NCBI GenBank assembly: GCA_963826515.1
Contig: CAWGXI010000005.1
Location: 193,610 to 257,609, forward strand
Source: an uncultured Actinomycetota bacterium
GTDB taxonomy: Bacteria > Actinomycetota > Actinomycetes > Streptosporangiales > Streptosporangiaceae
Direction of reading: 5' to 3'
DNA length: 64,000 nucleotides
Shown here: in pieces, positions 1-10,657 of the stretch
How the letters are laid out: each line of letters starts with the position of its first letter
How positions within the stretch are numbered: the stretch's first letter is position 1
Translations under genes and position numbers: made by a program
Notes under the pieces: model-generated
Database searches by the model: none
Seen by the model: the letters and a program-made list of their open reading frames with translations, nothing else
Told to the model about the DNA's origin: nothing

Positions 1-860
1 GCGAACTGGATGTTGCAGCCGCCGGTGTCCACCCCGACCGCGCGGATCACGGCGATCGCTACGTCACGCATGTGCTGGTACTCACGGTCGGTGAGGGTCA
101 TCGCGGGCGCTACGGTCACCGAGTCGCCGGTGTGCACGCCCATCGGGTCGATGTTCTCGATCGAGCAGACCACCACCACGTTGTCGTGGCGGTCGCGCAT
201 CAGCTCGAGCTCGAACTCCTTCCAGCCGAGGATCGATTCTTCGAGCAGCACCTCGGTGACCGGGCTCGCATCAAGGCCCGCGCCCGCGATCAGCCGCAGC
301 TCGTCCTGGCCCGCTGCGATGCCCGAGCCCGACCCGCCGAGTGTGTACGAGGGCCGCACGACGACGGGATAACCCAGTTCGGCGGCGGTGCGCAGGCACT
401 CGTCCATGGAGTGGCAAAGCTGGCTGCGTGGCACCTCGGCGCCGAGGGCGGTGACGATCTGCTTGAACCGCTCGCGGTCCTCCCCCGCCCGGATCGCGTC
501 GATCCTCGCGCCGATCAGCTCGACTCCGTACTCGCGAAGCACGCCGGAATCGTGCAGCGCGACGGCGCAGTTGAGCGCCGTCTGGCCGCCGAGCGTCGGC
601 AGCAGGGCGTCGGGCCGCTCCCGCTCGATCACCTTGGCCACGGTGTCCGGCGTCACCGGCTCGACGTACGTGGCGTCCGCGAACTCCGGATCTGTCATGA
701 TCGTCGCCGGGTTGGAGTTCACCAGGCTGACCCTGATGCCCTCCTGGCGGAGCACCCGGCAGGCCTGGGTGCCCGAATAGTCGAACTCGCAAGCCTGGCC
801 GATGACGATGGGGCCGGAGCCGATGACGAGGACCGAACGCAGGCCGGCGCGGCGCGGCAT
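1..860 (-). CDS. carB: carbamoyl-phosphate synthase large subunit, N-terminal part (continues past window start)
   Basis: Minus-strand reading from ATG at 860 gives [41 protein letters not shown]..., the canonical CarB N-terminus. ATGA overlap with the carA stop. Missing from the ORF track only because no stop lies inside the window. Confidence 0.9.
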   Translation of the reverse strand, partial: MPRRAGLRSVLVIGSGPIVIGQACEFDYSGTQACRVLRQEGIRVSLVNSNPATIMTDPEFADATYVEPVTPDTVAKVIERERPDALLPTLGGQTALNCAVALHDSGVLREYGVELIGARIDAIRAGEDRERFKQIVTALGAEVPRSQLCHSMDECLRTAAELGYPVVVRPSYTLGGSGSGIAAGQDELRLIAGAGLDASPVTEVLLEESILGWKEFELELMRDRHDNVVVVCSIENIDPMGVHTGDSVTVAPAMTLTDREYQHMRDVAIAVIRAVGVDTGGCNIQF

Positions 861-2362
861 CAGCGCCCGCCGTCCATCAGCTCGGCGAACCGGTCGAAAA
901 GCCCGATGGCGTCGTGCGGCCCGGGGGCCGCCTCCGGGTGATACTGGACGCTGAACGCCGGGCGGTCGATCAGCCGCAGCCCCTCCACCACGCCGTCGTT
1001 CAGGCAGGCGTGACTGACTTGGGCAGCGCCGTAAGGAGTCCTGAACGGCTGCGCGACAGGCATCGCCCAGGTCGGTGCGGAGCCAGCGCCGTGCGCCCTA
1101 CCGGCCCCGTCGGCATCTTCAGCCCAATTGGCCTCGTTCGCCCCACCGGGCCCGTCCGCATTTCCAGCCCAACTGGTCTCGTTCGCCACACCGGCGGCCC
1201 CACCGGATTCTCTAGCCTCACCAGCCGCAGCCTCACTAGCCGCGCTGGCATCGAGGAAGCCTGGCGGTGCGACCGCGAAGCCATGGTTGTGGCTTGTGAT
1301 GTGCACGCGGCCGGTGGCCAGATCCGCCACAGGCTGGTTCACGCCGCGGTGCCCGAATAGCAGCTTGTAGGTGCCGAGCCCGAGCGCGCGGCCGAGTATC
1401 TGGCTGCCCAGGCAGATACCGAACAGCGGGATCCGCTCATCGAGCACGCCGCGCATCGCTTCTAGGGCGTAACCGGCCGCGGCCGGGTCACCTGGCCCGT
1501 TGCTGAAGAAAACGCCGTCGGGCCGGACGGCCAGGATATCCGCAAGGGTGGCGGTCGCGGGAAGCACGTGAACCTCGCAGCCGCGTTCCGCCAGCTTGCG
1601 CGGTGTCATCGCCTTGATGCCGAGATCCACCGCGGCGACCCGGTATCTGGTAGCGGTGCCGCGCGGCGGCCGCACCTCGTAAGGCTCCCGCGTCGAGACC
1701 TCACGCGCCAGGTCGGCGCCTGCCATCGATGGGCTGGCCAAGACCCTTTGCAGCAGGGCGTCCGGGTGAGCCACGTCCGCGGCGTCCGCCGAAATCGCAG
1801 CTCGCATGGCGCCCTTGGCACGCAGATGCCTGGTGAGCGCACGGGTGCCCGTTATGGCGATGCCGGTGACGCCTTGGGCACGTAGTTCGTCGTCCAGGCT
1901 GCGTATCGCCCGCCAGCTGGATGCCACCCGCGCCGGTTCACGCACCACGTAGCCCGCGACCCAGATCCGCCGCGACTCGTTATCTTCGTCGTTGATTCCG
2001 GTGTTGCCTATGTGCGGCGCCGTCATCGCCACGATCTGCCGATGGTACGACGGGTCGGTCAGGGTCTCCTGGTAGCCGGTCATCGCTGTGTTGAAGACCA
2101 TCTCACCGAATGAGGCGCCGGCGGGCTGCACAGCCTGCACGGCGTGCGCAGCCTCCACGGCGTGCGCAGCCTCCACGGCGTGCGCAGCCTCCACGGCGTG
2201 CACGGAATGCCCAAGCTGTGCTGAACGCCCCGGCTGCACCGGCGGCACCGGCGGCACCGGCGGCACGGCGCCGAACGCGGTACCCCGCGCCGCCCAGCCA
2301 TCCTCGAGCACCAGGACGGCGGCCGGCCCGTTCACCTTGCCTCCTTCGCAGGACCATTCCAT
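860..2362 (-). CDS. carA: carbamoyl-phosphate synthase small (glutamine amidotransferase) subunit
   Basis: 500-aa ORF with CarA/GATase motifs ([36 protein letters not shown]). The more likely start is GTG 2335, 4 nt after GAAGGAGG. Carries in-frame repeat insertions. Confidence 0.9.
   Translation of the reverse strand: MEWSCEGGKVNGPAAVLVLEDGWAARGTAFGAVPPVPPVPPVQPGRSAQLGHSVHAVEAAHAVEAAHAVEAAHAVQAVQPAGASFGEMVFNTAMTGYQETLTDPSYHRQIVAMTAPHIGNTGINDEDNESRRIWVAGYVVREPARVASSWRAIRSLDDELRAQGVTGIAITGTRALTRHLRAKGAMRAAISADAADVAHPDALLQRVLASPSMAGADLAREVSTREPYEVRPPRGTATRYRVAAVDLGIKAMTPRKLAERGCEVHVLPATATLADILAVRPDGVFFSNGPGDPAAAGYALEAMRGVLDERIPLFGICLGSQILGRALGLGTYKLLFGHRGVNQPVADLATGRVHITSHNHGFAVAPPGFLDASAASEAAAGEARESGGAAGVANETSWAGNADGPGGANEANWAEDADGAGRAHGAGSAPTWAMPVAQPFRTPYGAAQVSHACLNDGVVEGLRLIDRPAFSVQYHPEAAPGPHDAIGLFDRFAELMDGGR
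2135..2205. repeat. 18-bp tandem repeat (about 3.5 copies) encoding HAVEAA inside the carA 5' end
   Basis: gcctccacggcgtgcgca is repeated head to tail. A 9-bp ggcggcacc x3 (PPV) run follows at about 2238-2265. Confidence 0.85.
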
Positions 2363-2556
2363 GATCGTGGCGGATTCGCCGGCCCTGGAGCCTGTCGCAG
2401 GATCGCGGATTGGCTATGCGGGTTGCTACCCGCCGGTAGCTCGCCCCTTCGCCGTGGTTGTCGATCAAGCTCGAGTGCCTCCGCGGCAAGGTAGTGGGAC
2501 ATTCTCATGGTGACAGGAATTCCATCGCAGTCGGGGACTCGCGGGGGCCAGCTCAT
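2332..2556 (-). CDS. small hypothetical ORF between pyrC and carA (doubtful)
   Basis: 74-aa ORF. Its ATG overlaps the pyrC stop (ATGA) and its stop overlaps the candidate carA GTG start (GTGA). Mycobacteria have a small gene at this position. Third-position GC is much lower than in neighbouring genes. Confidence 0.3.
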   Translation of the reverse strand: MSWPPRVPDCDGIPVTMRMSHYLAAEALELDRQPRRRGELPAGSNPHSQSAILRQAPGPANPPRSWNGPAKEAR

Positions 2557-4045
2557 GTCAGCTTCCCATCGAGAACGGAGGGCGATCCGCGCAGGAAGGT
2601 GGCGATCACCTGGCCGGGCAGAGCCATCCCAGCGAACGGGGTGTTACGGCTCTTTGACAGGGATGCGGATGGGTCCACCTGTGCGCGGGCAGACGGGTCG
2701 TACAGCGTCAGGCAGGCTGGAGCCCCGGCCCGAAGCGGCTGGCCATGTCCGGCCAGGCGCCCTATCAGGGCCGGGCGCACCGACATCCGATCCGCGACGC
2801 CGGGCCAGTCGAGCAGGCCGGTATCGACCATGGCCTCCTGAACAACGCGCAGCGCCGTCTCAAGCCCCGTCATCCCGAACGCCGCCACGGCCCACTCGGT
2901 TTCCTTGTCCTCCGCCGGATGCGGTGCGTGGTCGGTGGCTACGCAGTCGATGGTGCCGTCGGCGAGCGCAGCGCGTAGCGCCGTGACGTCCACGGTGGTC
3001 CGCAGCGGCGGGTTGACCTTGTATACCGGGTCGTAGCTCGTCGCGAGTTCGTCGGTTAGCAGCAGGTGGTGCGGCGTCACCTCGGCGGTGACCCGCCAGC
3101 CCTTGCTCTTGGCCCAGCGGATAATATCCACCGAACCCGCGGTGGATACATGGCAGATGTGCAGCCGTGAATCCACATGCGCGGCAAGCAGGCAGTCCCT
3201 GGCGATCACCGCCTCCTCCGCCACCGCTGGCCAGCCAGCCAGGCCCAGCTTTCCCGACATCTCGCCCTCGTTCAGCTGGGCCCCTTCTGTGAGCCTGGGT
3301 TCCTGCGCGTGCTGGGCTATCACACCGTCGAAAGCCTTGACGTATTCGAGCGCGCGGCGCATCAGTACCGCATCGGAGACGCACCGGCCGTCGTCGGAAA
3401 AGACCCGGACCCTCGCCGCCGAGTCTGCCATCGCGCCGAGCTCGGCAAGCTGGGCGCCGGCCAGGCCCTGGGTCACTGCGCCGACCGGGTAAACGTCGCA
3501 ATGACCGGCCTGGCCGCCGAGGCGCCATACCTGCTCGACCACGCCCGCGGTATCGGCGACCGGCTCGGTGTTGGCCATCGCGTGCACGGCCGTGAACCCG
3601 CCGAGCGCCGCGGCGGCGGTGCCCGTCGCGACGGTCTCGGCGTCTTCTCGGCCCGGCTCGCGCAGGTGCGTGTGCAGGTCGACAAGGCCAGGCAGCGCTA
3701 TCAGGCCATCCGCGTCGATCACCTCTGCGCCTGCCGCGCCAAGACCGCGGCCGGTCTCGGCGACCACGCCGTCACGGATGAGCAGATCTTCCCGCTCCCC
3801 GCCGGCCAGCCTGGCACCCCTGATCAGCCAGGTAGCCGCGGCGCGCCGCGGCCCGCCAGGTGTTTCGCCCGCGCCCAACGGCCCGGCCGCGCTGGCTGTC
3901 CCTGCCGCGCTGGCTGTCCCTGCCGCGCTGGCTGTCCCTGCCGCGCTGGCTGTCCCTGCCGCGCTGGCTGTCCCTGCCGCGCTGGCTGTCCCTGCCGCGC
4001 TGGCTGTCCCTGCCGCGCTGGCTGTGCGGCTCGCGCCCATTCCCG

Positions 4046-4049
<4 letters not shown>
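2553..4049 (-). CDS. pyrC: dihydroorotase
   Basis: 498-aa ORF with amidohydrolase/dihydroorotase motifs ([26 protein letters not shown]). GTGA overlap with the pyrB stop. N-terminus carries TASAAG x8. Confidence 0.92.
3886..4030. repeat. perfect 18-bp tandem repeat x8 (TASAAG) in the pyrC 5' end
   Basis: ccgcgctggctgtccctg is repeated eight times without a mismatch. Confidence 0.9.
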
Positions 4050-5795
<1,746 letters not shown>

Positions 5796-6069
5796 GCGTC
5801 ACGCTACCAGCACCGTCCGCGGCTTCGGGACAGCAACGCGGCGCACCCGCCTAAGGGCCGATACGGTCACAACGCTGCCGCAACGCGAAGCCCGGGACAT
5901 TTTAGAGACTCAACACACATTTCGGGCGGCCCGCCGGCCGGGCCGCATGGCCGACAACCGGACGAGAACCCTTGCTACATAGAGTTTTCCGGCGTGAACG
6001 GCCGAACTTGGACGGCCGCCGGACGGCATGGACAAAGAGCGAAGCTTCACCCAGTTTTTGCCGTTCGGC

Positions 6070-6126
6070 TTGACCTGGGCCCGCTCGCGGCTTACTGTCA
6101 CTGTCCGTAACCATTACCGTAAGTGA
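6070..6126 (+). promoter_or_regulatory. bldD promoter (TTGACC-N17-TACTGT) with two BldD boxes
   Basis: TTGACC at 6070-6075 and TACTGT at 6093-6098. tcacTGTCCgtaa (6098-6110) and ttacCGTAAgtga (6114-6126) both fit TNAC-N5-GTNA. Confidence 0.6.
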
Positions 6127-6149
6127 CGAGTGGCCGGGGGGCCGAGAAC

Positions 6150-6644
6150 ATGCCATCCGAGTACGCAAAGGCACTGGGCGCGCGGCTGCGCGCCATCCGC
6201 ACCCAGCAAGGCCTCTCCCTGCATGGGGTCGAGGAAAAGTCCCGCGGCCGGTGGAAGGCCGTAGTAGTCGGCTCCTACGAGCGCGGCGACAGGTCGGTAA
6301 CTGTCCAGAAGCTCGCCGAGCTTGCCGAATTCTACGGCGTGCCGGTATCTGAGCTGCTGCCTGGCGACGCCGCTCCGACGCCGCTTGCGCCGACGCCGAA
6401 GCTCGTCATCGACCTCGAGCGGATGATCGAGTTGCCCAAGGACAAGGCTGGTCCCCTGGCCCGTTATGTGGCCACCATCCAGAGCCAGCGGGGCGACTAC
6501 AACGGCAAGGTCCTTTCGATCCGTCAGGAGGACCTGCGCTCGCTGGCGGTCATCTACGACAAGTCCCCAACCGACCTCACCGAGGAGCTCATCAGCTGGG
6601 GTGTTCTCGACGCCGAGGCACGCCGCGCCGTCGAGGCTTTCTGA
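6150..6644 (+). CDS. bldD: developmental master regulator BldD (XRE-type HTH plus c-di-GMP-binding C-terminal domain)
   Basis: MPSEYAKALGARLRAIRTQQGLSLHGVEEKSRGRWKAVVVGSYERGDRSVTVQKLAELAEFYGVPVSELLPG... closely resembles my recollection of Streptomyces BldD. Located next to pyrR, as in Streptomyces. Confidence 0.9.
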   Translation: MPSEYAKALGARLRAIRTQQGLSLHGVEEKSRGRWKAVVVGSYERGDRSVTVQKLAELAEFYGVPVSELLPGDAAPTPLAPTPKLVIDLERMIELPKDKAGPLARYVATIQSQRGDYNGKVLSIRQEDLRSLAVIYDKSPTDLTEELISWGVLDAEARRAVEAF

Positions 6645-6648
6645 GGGT

Positions 6649-6883
6649 CCCAGGCCCGGCATCGGTTCCCCAGGCCCGGCATCGGTTCCCCAGGCCCGGC
6701 ATCGGTTCCCCAGGCCCGGCATCGGTTCCCCAGGCCCGGCATCGGTTCCCCAGGCCCGGCATCGGTTCCCCAGGCCCGGCATCGGTTCCCCAGGCCCGGC
6801 ATCGGTTCCCCAGGCCCGGCATCGGTTCCCCAGGCCCGGCATCGGTTCCCCAGGCCCGGCATCGGTTCCCCAGGCCCGGCATT
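6649..6883. repeat. perfect 20-bp tandem repeat, about 11.6 copies, directly after the bldD stop
   Basis: caggcccggcatcggttccc repeats three times per 60-nt line over four lines with no mismatch. Confidence 0.95.
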
Positions 6884-7142
6884 CCAGGACCCGGCCTGTC
6901 GCCGCACCAGGCCGTCCGGCATGAGGGCAGGCCGTCCGACCGCTCTGGCCCAGCGGGGGGCGCCCCAATCCGGTCGCATCAGGCCAAAGCAGTCGGCGCG
7001 TGCTGGCTCCGTGCCCGCCAGCCAGCAGGTCGCGGCCACACAGACCCGCCAGCCAGCCGGCCTCTGCCACACAGACCCGCCAGCCAGCCGGCCTCTGCCA
7101 CGCAGACCCTTACTGTTGTGCCGGGCTGCTCTTGGCGCCAAA

Positions 7143-7562
7143 TCAGGCGGCGAGCACCCCTAGAGTATCCTCGACGAGCCCGAGGAACGTCTCGGAATCC
7201 CGGAGCAAGTCGTCAGCCTCCCGTGCACTGACCGCCCGGGGAAGCCCCGCCTCCGCCGCCGCGCGTTTCGCGGCGCCCGCGGCAAAGAACGCCGCCCACT
7301 CGGCGAGCGCTGGTGCCACGCGCGGGAGAAGCTCCCAGACACTGCGCGGACCGCGCCGGCGCGGCCCGGCAGTGGGCTCCGCCCGCGCCGTCACCACCGC
7401 AGCGGCCGCGCGCAGCGCGGCCAGATGAGCGGCCACATACCGAGTGGCTGGCGCAGGCTCAGCAGCCGCCGCCGCGACGCCTTGGCGGGCCGACTCGAGC
7501 AGCGTCATGATCGACGGCGCCACCCGGGGCCGCTCTGGGCGCACTGTTGTGACTGCGTTCAT
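7143..7562 (-). CDS. SAV_6107-family HEPN domain protein
   Basis: 139 aa from the internal ATG: ...RYVAAHLAALRAAAAVVTARA...VWELLPRVAPALAEWAAFFAAGAAKRAAAEAG...VSAREADDLLRDSETFLGLVE. The upstream 250 aa of the 388-aa ORF are not protein-like. Confidence 0.7.
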   Translation of the reverse strand: MNAVTTVRPERPRVAPSIMTLLESARQGVAAAAAEPAPATRYVAAHLAALRAAAAVVTARAEPTAGPRRRGPRSVWELLPRVAPALAEWAAFFAAGAAKRAAAEAGLPRAVSAREADDLLRDSETFLGLVEDTLGVLAA

Positions 7563-7872
7563 CGCTGCTACCTCCCTACTCGTGCGGAGCGGTGGCCAGG
7601 CGAGGCGCTTCCCCTCGCCGCGCCTGGCCACCGCGCGGCTGCCCCGGGGGTATTGAGGCCGCCGCGCGGCTCCGCTGACTCTCATTCGAACACAAGTTCG
7701 ATGAGATGTCCAGCCGATAGCCGGACACGTGTTCGAAGTTACGCGGGAGGTGTGACATTTTCTGGTCCTCCCGGCGGCCTGCGCGTGGCCCGGCCATGCC
7801 TGTGCGCGCCGTGGCACGCGCGCTTGCGGCCTGGCGGCGCCCCCATTGCGATCTATTCCGAGATCATTTGAT

Positions 7873-7923
7873 CGTGGATGTACCGTCGCTGACGGTATGC
7901 GACCCGCGATGGCACATCCACGG
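7873..7923. repeat. degenerate copy of the 28-bp-arm palindrome found at 37431-37492
   Basis: cgtggatgtaccgtcgctgac-ggtatgc-gacccgcgatggcacatccacgg. The right arm matches about 30 of 34 nt of the 37.4-kb element. Confidence 0.7.
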
Positions 7924-8114
7924 TCACCACTGCAGGCACACGACGGCATCAAGATCGACTGTGGCTCCATAACATGTGCGGCGCCTAACTGCCACACCCA
8001 TCTGCCATCGCCGCGCCGGCCTCGGGCGCAAAACCGTGCCGGTCGTGCGCCGCCCGCGACCCCGGGCACCGGGTCGTCACAAACGCGACGTGAACGGCCA
8101 TCGAATCTGATGTC

Positions 8115-10586
8115 ATGACCTGTGAATGCAGCGGCAAGGGCCGCGCAGGGAGGCTGACTGGCGTGACCGGGCGGGTGGGCACGTTGCTCGGCGGCCGCTA
8201 CCGCCTCGGCGAGCCGATCGGGCGGGGCGGTATGGGCGCGGTGTGGCGTGCCACGGACATGGTGCTTGACCGCGATGTTGCGATCAAGATCTTGATGCTC
8301 CACGCCCACGATAATCCCGACGCGAGCGCACGCTTCCGCCGCGAAGCCCGCGTACTGGCCCGGCTGTCACACCCACGTCTCGGCGGTGTGCACGACTACG
8401 GTGAGGAGGAAGGCCGGGCCTTCATGGTGATGGAATTCCTCACCGGCGAGACCCTGCAGAACCGGCTTGGCCTGGTAGACCGGATACCCGCGGCCGAGGC
8501 AGCCGAGATCGCCGCCCAAGTGGCCGAAGGGCTGCACGCCGCTCATCAGGCGGGTGTGATCCACCGCGATGTCAAACCTGGCAACGTCATCCTTGCCGAG
8601 CAGGGCGTGAAGCTGGTGGATTTCGGGATCGCGCTCGGCGCGGGAGACGACCGGCTGACCGCGACAGGGACGCTCGTCGGCAGTGCGACGTATCTCGCAC
8701 CCGAACGCGGCGCGGGGCGGACAGCGACCCCGGCCTCGGATGTGTATTCACTTGCCGTCGTCCTTTACCACATGCTGGCGGGACAGCCGCCATTCGTGTC
8801 CGCCGACCCCGTCTACCTCGTCTCCGCCCATGCCCACGAGCCAGTTCCGCCATTGCCCGGCGACGTCCCCGGTGGCCTGGCCCAATGCTGCCTTGGCGCG
8901 ATGGAGAAGGATCCGGCGCTGCGGCCAGCCTCGGCGCTCGCGTTCGCTGCCAGGCTGCGTGAAGGAACCAGGCGCGGGCGGCACGCTCTGATGACCGATA
9001 GCGCGTTGCCGATGCAGTCCGCACTAAGCGGCGCGCTGCGGCCAGACGCGAGCGACACGACACGGCCGGCCGACACGACACGGCCGGCCGACGCCACATG
9101 GGCGTCAGGCGGACCGGCGCCACGCAACGCATACCCACCCATTGGCGTCCCGCGCAACGGAGGGTCACCCAGGGGAGCAGCCCTACCCGGCGCGGCCAGG
9201 CCACCAAACGGCGCACTCCCCTTCGCCGGACCCGGGCCGCACGCCGCAGCGCCTGCAGTCAATGGATCCGGGCATTCGACCGCGGCCCTGCCAGCCAGCC
9301 GATCCGGGCCGAGCGAACCTGGCACGCGCAATGGAATAGGCACGCAAAGCACACTCGAAAGAGCGGGCGAGCGGGGCGGCCCGGGGACCCAGGTCGGATA
9401 CGCAGACCAGACCTGGCCGCCGACTCAGGCCCTGCCCACAACCGAGCACTGGCCCGCGAGGCGGTCACGGCCGCGGCGCAGGTGGCTACCGGCTGCCGCG
9501 GCCGTTGCCGCGATCGTCGCGGGAACCTGGATCGCTATGGCGGCCGCGCGGGCGCCCGGGGCGCGGCACGCGGCGATGCCGAATGAGGCGTCTGCCCATG
9601 GTATGCACGACCACCCCGCCTCGCAGTCCCCGCTGCCCCCGGACTCGTCGCCCGCGACGCCCTGGGTGATCGCCGCGGGTACCCGGCAGGACCCTGGTCA
9701 GCCGCAGCCGCCACCCTTGCTTGCCCCGCCTGGTACCACGGTGCGGCTGGCGGAAACCCTGGTCAACAATGCGCAGGAACCCGTCACGAGCGCCACGCTT
9801 AACCTGTCCGCGCCGCAGGGGTGGACCGTCACACCCGAGTCCCCGCCGACCGTAGCGTCGGTACCAGCGGGCGGCAAGGCAACGGTTACGTGGCGTGTCA
9901 CCGTCCCGGCCCGCGCGAATCCCGGCCGGTTCAACCTAGTCGCCGCCGCCACCTGCCCGGCGGCCGCAGCCTGCGCGGCGGCCCATCTCACCGGCAGCGC
10001 CGTGGTCCCCCACGCCTCGTTCAGCCAGACCTTCGACAACGCGGGAATCGCGCCGCAAGCGGACGCCGCAGCGGCGAACCTGGACGGAACTGGGCACAGT
10101 TATCAGGCCGAGGCGCTCGCGGGCGCCGGATACCTGCCGGGCGGCGAGGTGGCACACGACGGCATTTCGTTCGAGTGGCCTGACGCACCGGCCGGTGCGC
10201 CGGACAACGTGGCGGCACAGGGCCAGACGTTCCTCATTTCCGCGACCGGCGCCGACCTGGCGTTCCTAGGTGCCGCGGACTTCGGCAGCGCGGGCGGTAA
10301 CGGGACAATCTTCTATCGGAACGGTACCCAGCAGTCGTTCCACCTCGCGATGGACGACTGGTGGACCAACCAGCCAACACCTGGCCAGGACGAGCTCGCG
10401 GTCACCACGGCACACCCAAACGGCCCCCCTGGCCAGCCGCCACTGACCGGTCCTCCGGTAGCGGTCTACTTCGCGTCTATCCCGCTTCAGCAGGACGCCG
10501 CCGTGGCGGCCGTCACGGTGCCCGCGGGGTCACTGCCCGCCAACGGGGTGCCTTGCCTGCACCTGTTCGCGGTCGCCGTGGGCTGA
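8115..10586 (+). CDS. Ser/Thr protein kinase with TM segment and extracellular NEW3-like / carbohydrate-enzyme accessory-like domains
   Basis: Hanks kinase motifs (GRGGMGAVWRA, VAIK, HRDVKPGN, DFG, APE), a Pro-rich linker, a TM segment (LPAAAAVAAIVAGTWIAMAAA), then LNLSAPQGWTVTPE...ATVTWRVTVP. Start could be GTG 8164. Confidence 0.85.
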   Translation: MTCECSGKGRAGRLTGVTGRVGTLLGGRYRLGEPIGRGGMGAVWRATDMVLDRDVAIKILMLHAHDNPDASARFRREARVLARLSHPRLGGVHDYGEEEGRAFMVMEFLTGETLQNRLGLVDRIPAAEAAEIAAQVAEGLHAAHQAGVIHRDVKPGNVILAEQGVKLVDFGIALGAGDDRLTATGTLVGSATYLAPERGAGRTATPASDVYSLAVVLYHMLAGQPPFVSADPVYLVSAHAHEPVPPLPGDVPGGLAQCCLGAMEKDPALRPASALAFAARLREGTRRGRHALMTDSALPMQSALSGALRPDASDTTRPADTTRPADATWASGGPAPRNAYPPIGVPRNGGSPRGAALPGAARPPNGALPFAGPGPHAAAPAVNGSGHSTAALPASRSGPSEPGTRNGIGTQSTLERAGERGGPGTQVGYADQTWPPTQALPTTEHWPARRSRPRRRWLPAAAAVAAIVAGTWIAMAAARAPGARHAAMPNEASAHGMHDHPASQSPLPPDSSPATPWVIAAGTRQDPGQPQPPPLLAPPGTTVRLAETLVNNAQEPVTSATLNLSAPQGWTVTPESPPTVASVPAGGKATVTWRVTVPARANPGRFNLVAAATCPAAAACAAAHLTGSAVVPHASFSQTFDNAGIAPQADAAAANLDGTGHSYQAEALAGAGYLPGGEVAHDGISFEWPDAPAGAPDNVAAQGQTFLISATGADLAFLGAADFGSAGGNGTIFYRNGTQQSFHLAMDDWWTNQPTPGQDELAVTTAHPNGPPGQPPLTGPPVAVYFASIPLQQDAAVAAVTVPAGSLPANGVPCLHLFAVAVG

Positions 10587-10657
10587 TCTTGTGCCGCGGT
10601 GCGAACCCTTAGGCACTGGGCCAAAGCACGCGTGATCGTCTCTGTAGGCTGGCCCGT

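Noticed and set aside
72-941. 289-aa plus-strand ORF (and others) across the first 900 bp
   Set aside because: Antisense or out of frame to an unmistakable CarB N-terminus on the minus strand. Arg/Ala/Gly-rich composition is typical of shadow ORFs in GC-rich DNA.
6649-6883. Possible CRISPR array (also considered for 15578-15700 and 48061-48357)
   Set aside because: Units are directly abutting with no unique spacers, periods are 16-20 bp, and there are no cas genes. These are tandem minisatellites, not CRISPR.
6114-7141. 318-aa and 195-aa minus-strand ORFs and a 152-aa plus-strand ORF spanning the 20-bp array
   Set aside because: Their length comes only from the stop-free periodic repeat (the peptide repeats every 20 aa). 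They also run antisense to bldD.
7576-7797. 73-aa minus-strand ORF just upstream of the HEPN gene (a possible partner such as an MNT-like antitoxin)
   Set aside because: No recognisable nucleotidyltransferase motif, low GC3, and it contains an inverted repeat (ttcgaacac...gtgttcgaa). More likely it is regulatory DNA.
7563-8309. N-terminal 250 aa of the 388-aa ORF containing the HEPN gene
   Set aside because: Only the C-terminal 139 aa resemble the SAV_6107 HEPN family. The upstream part is Arg/Pro/Gly-rich, crosses the palindrome and overlaps the kinase start.
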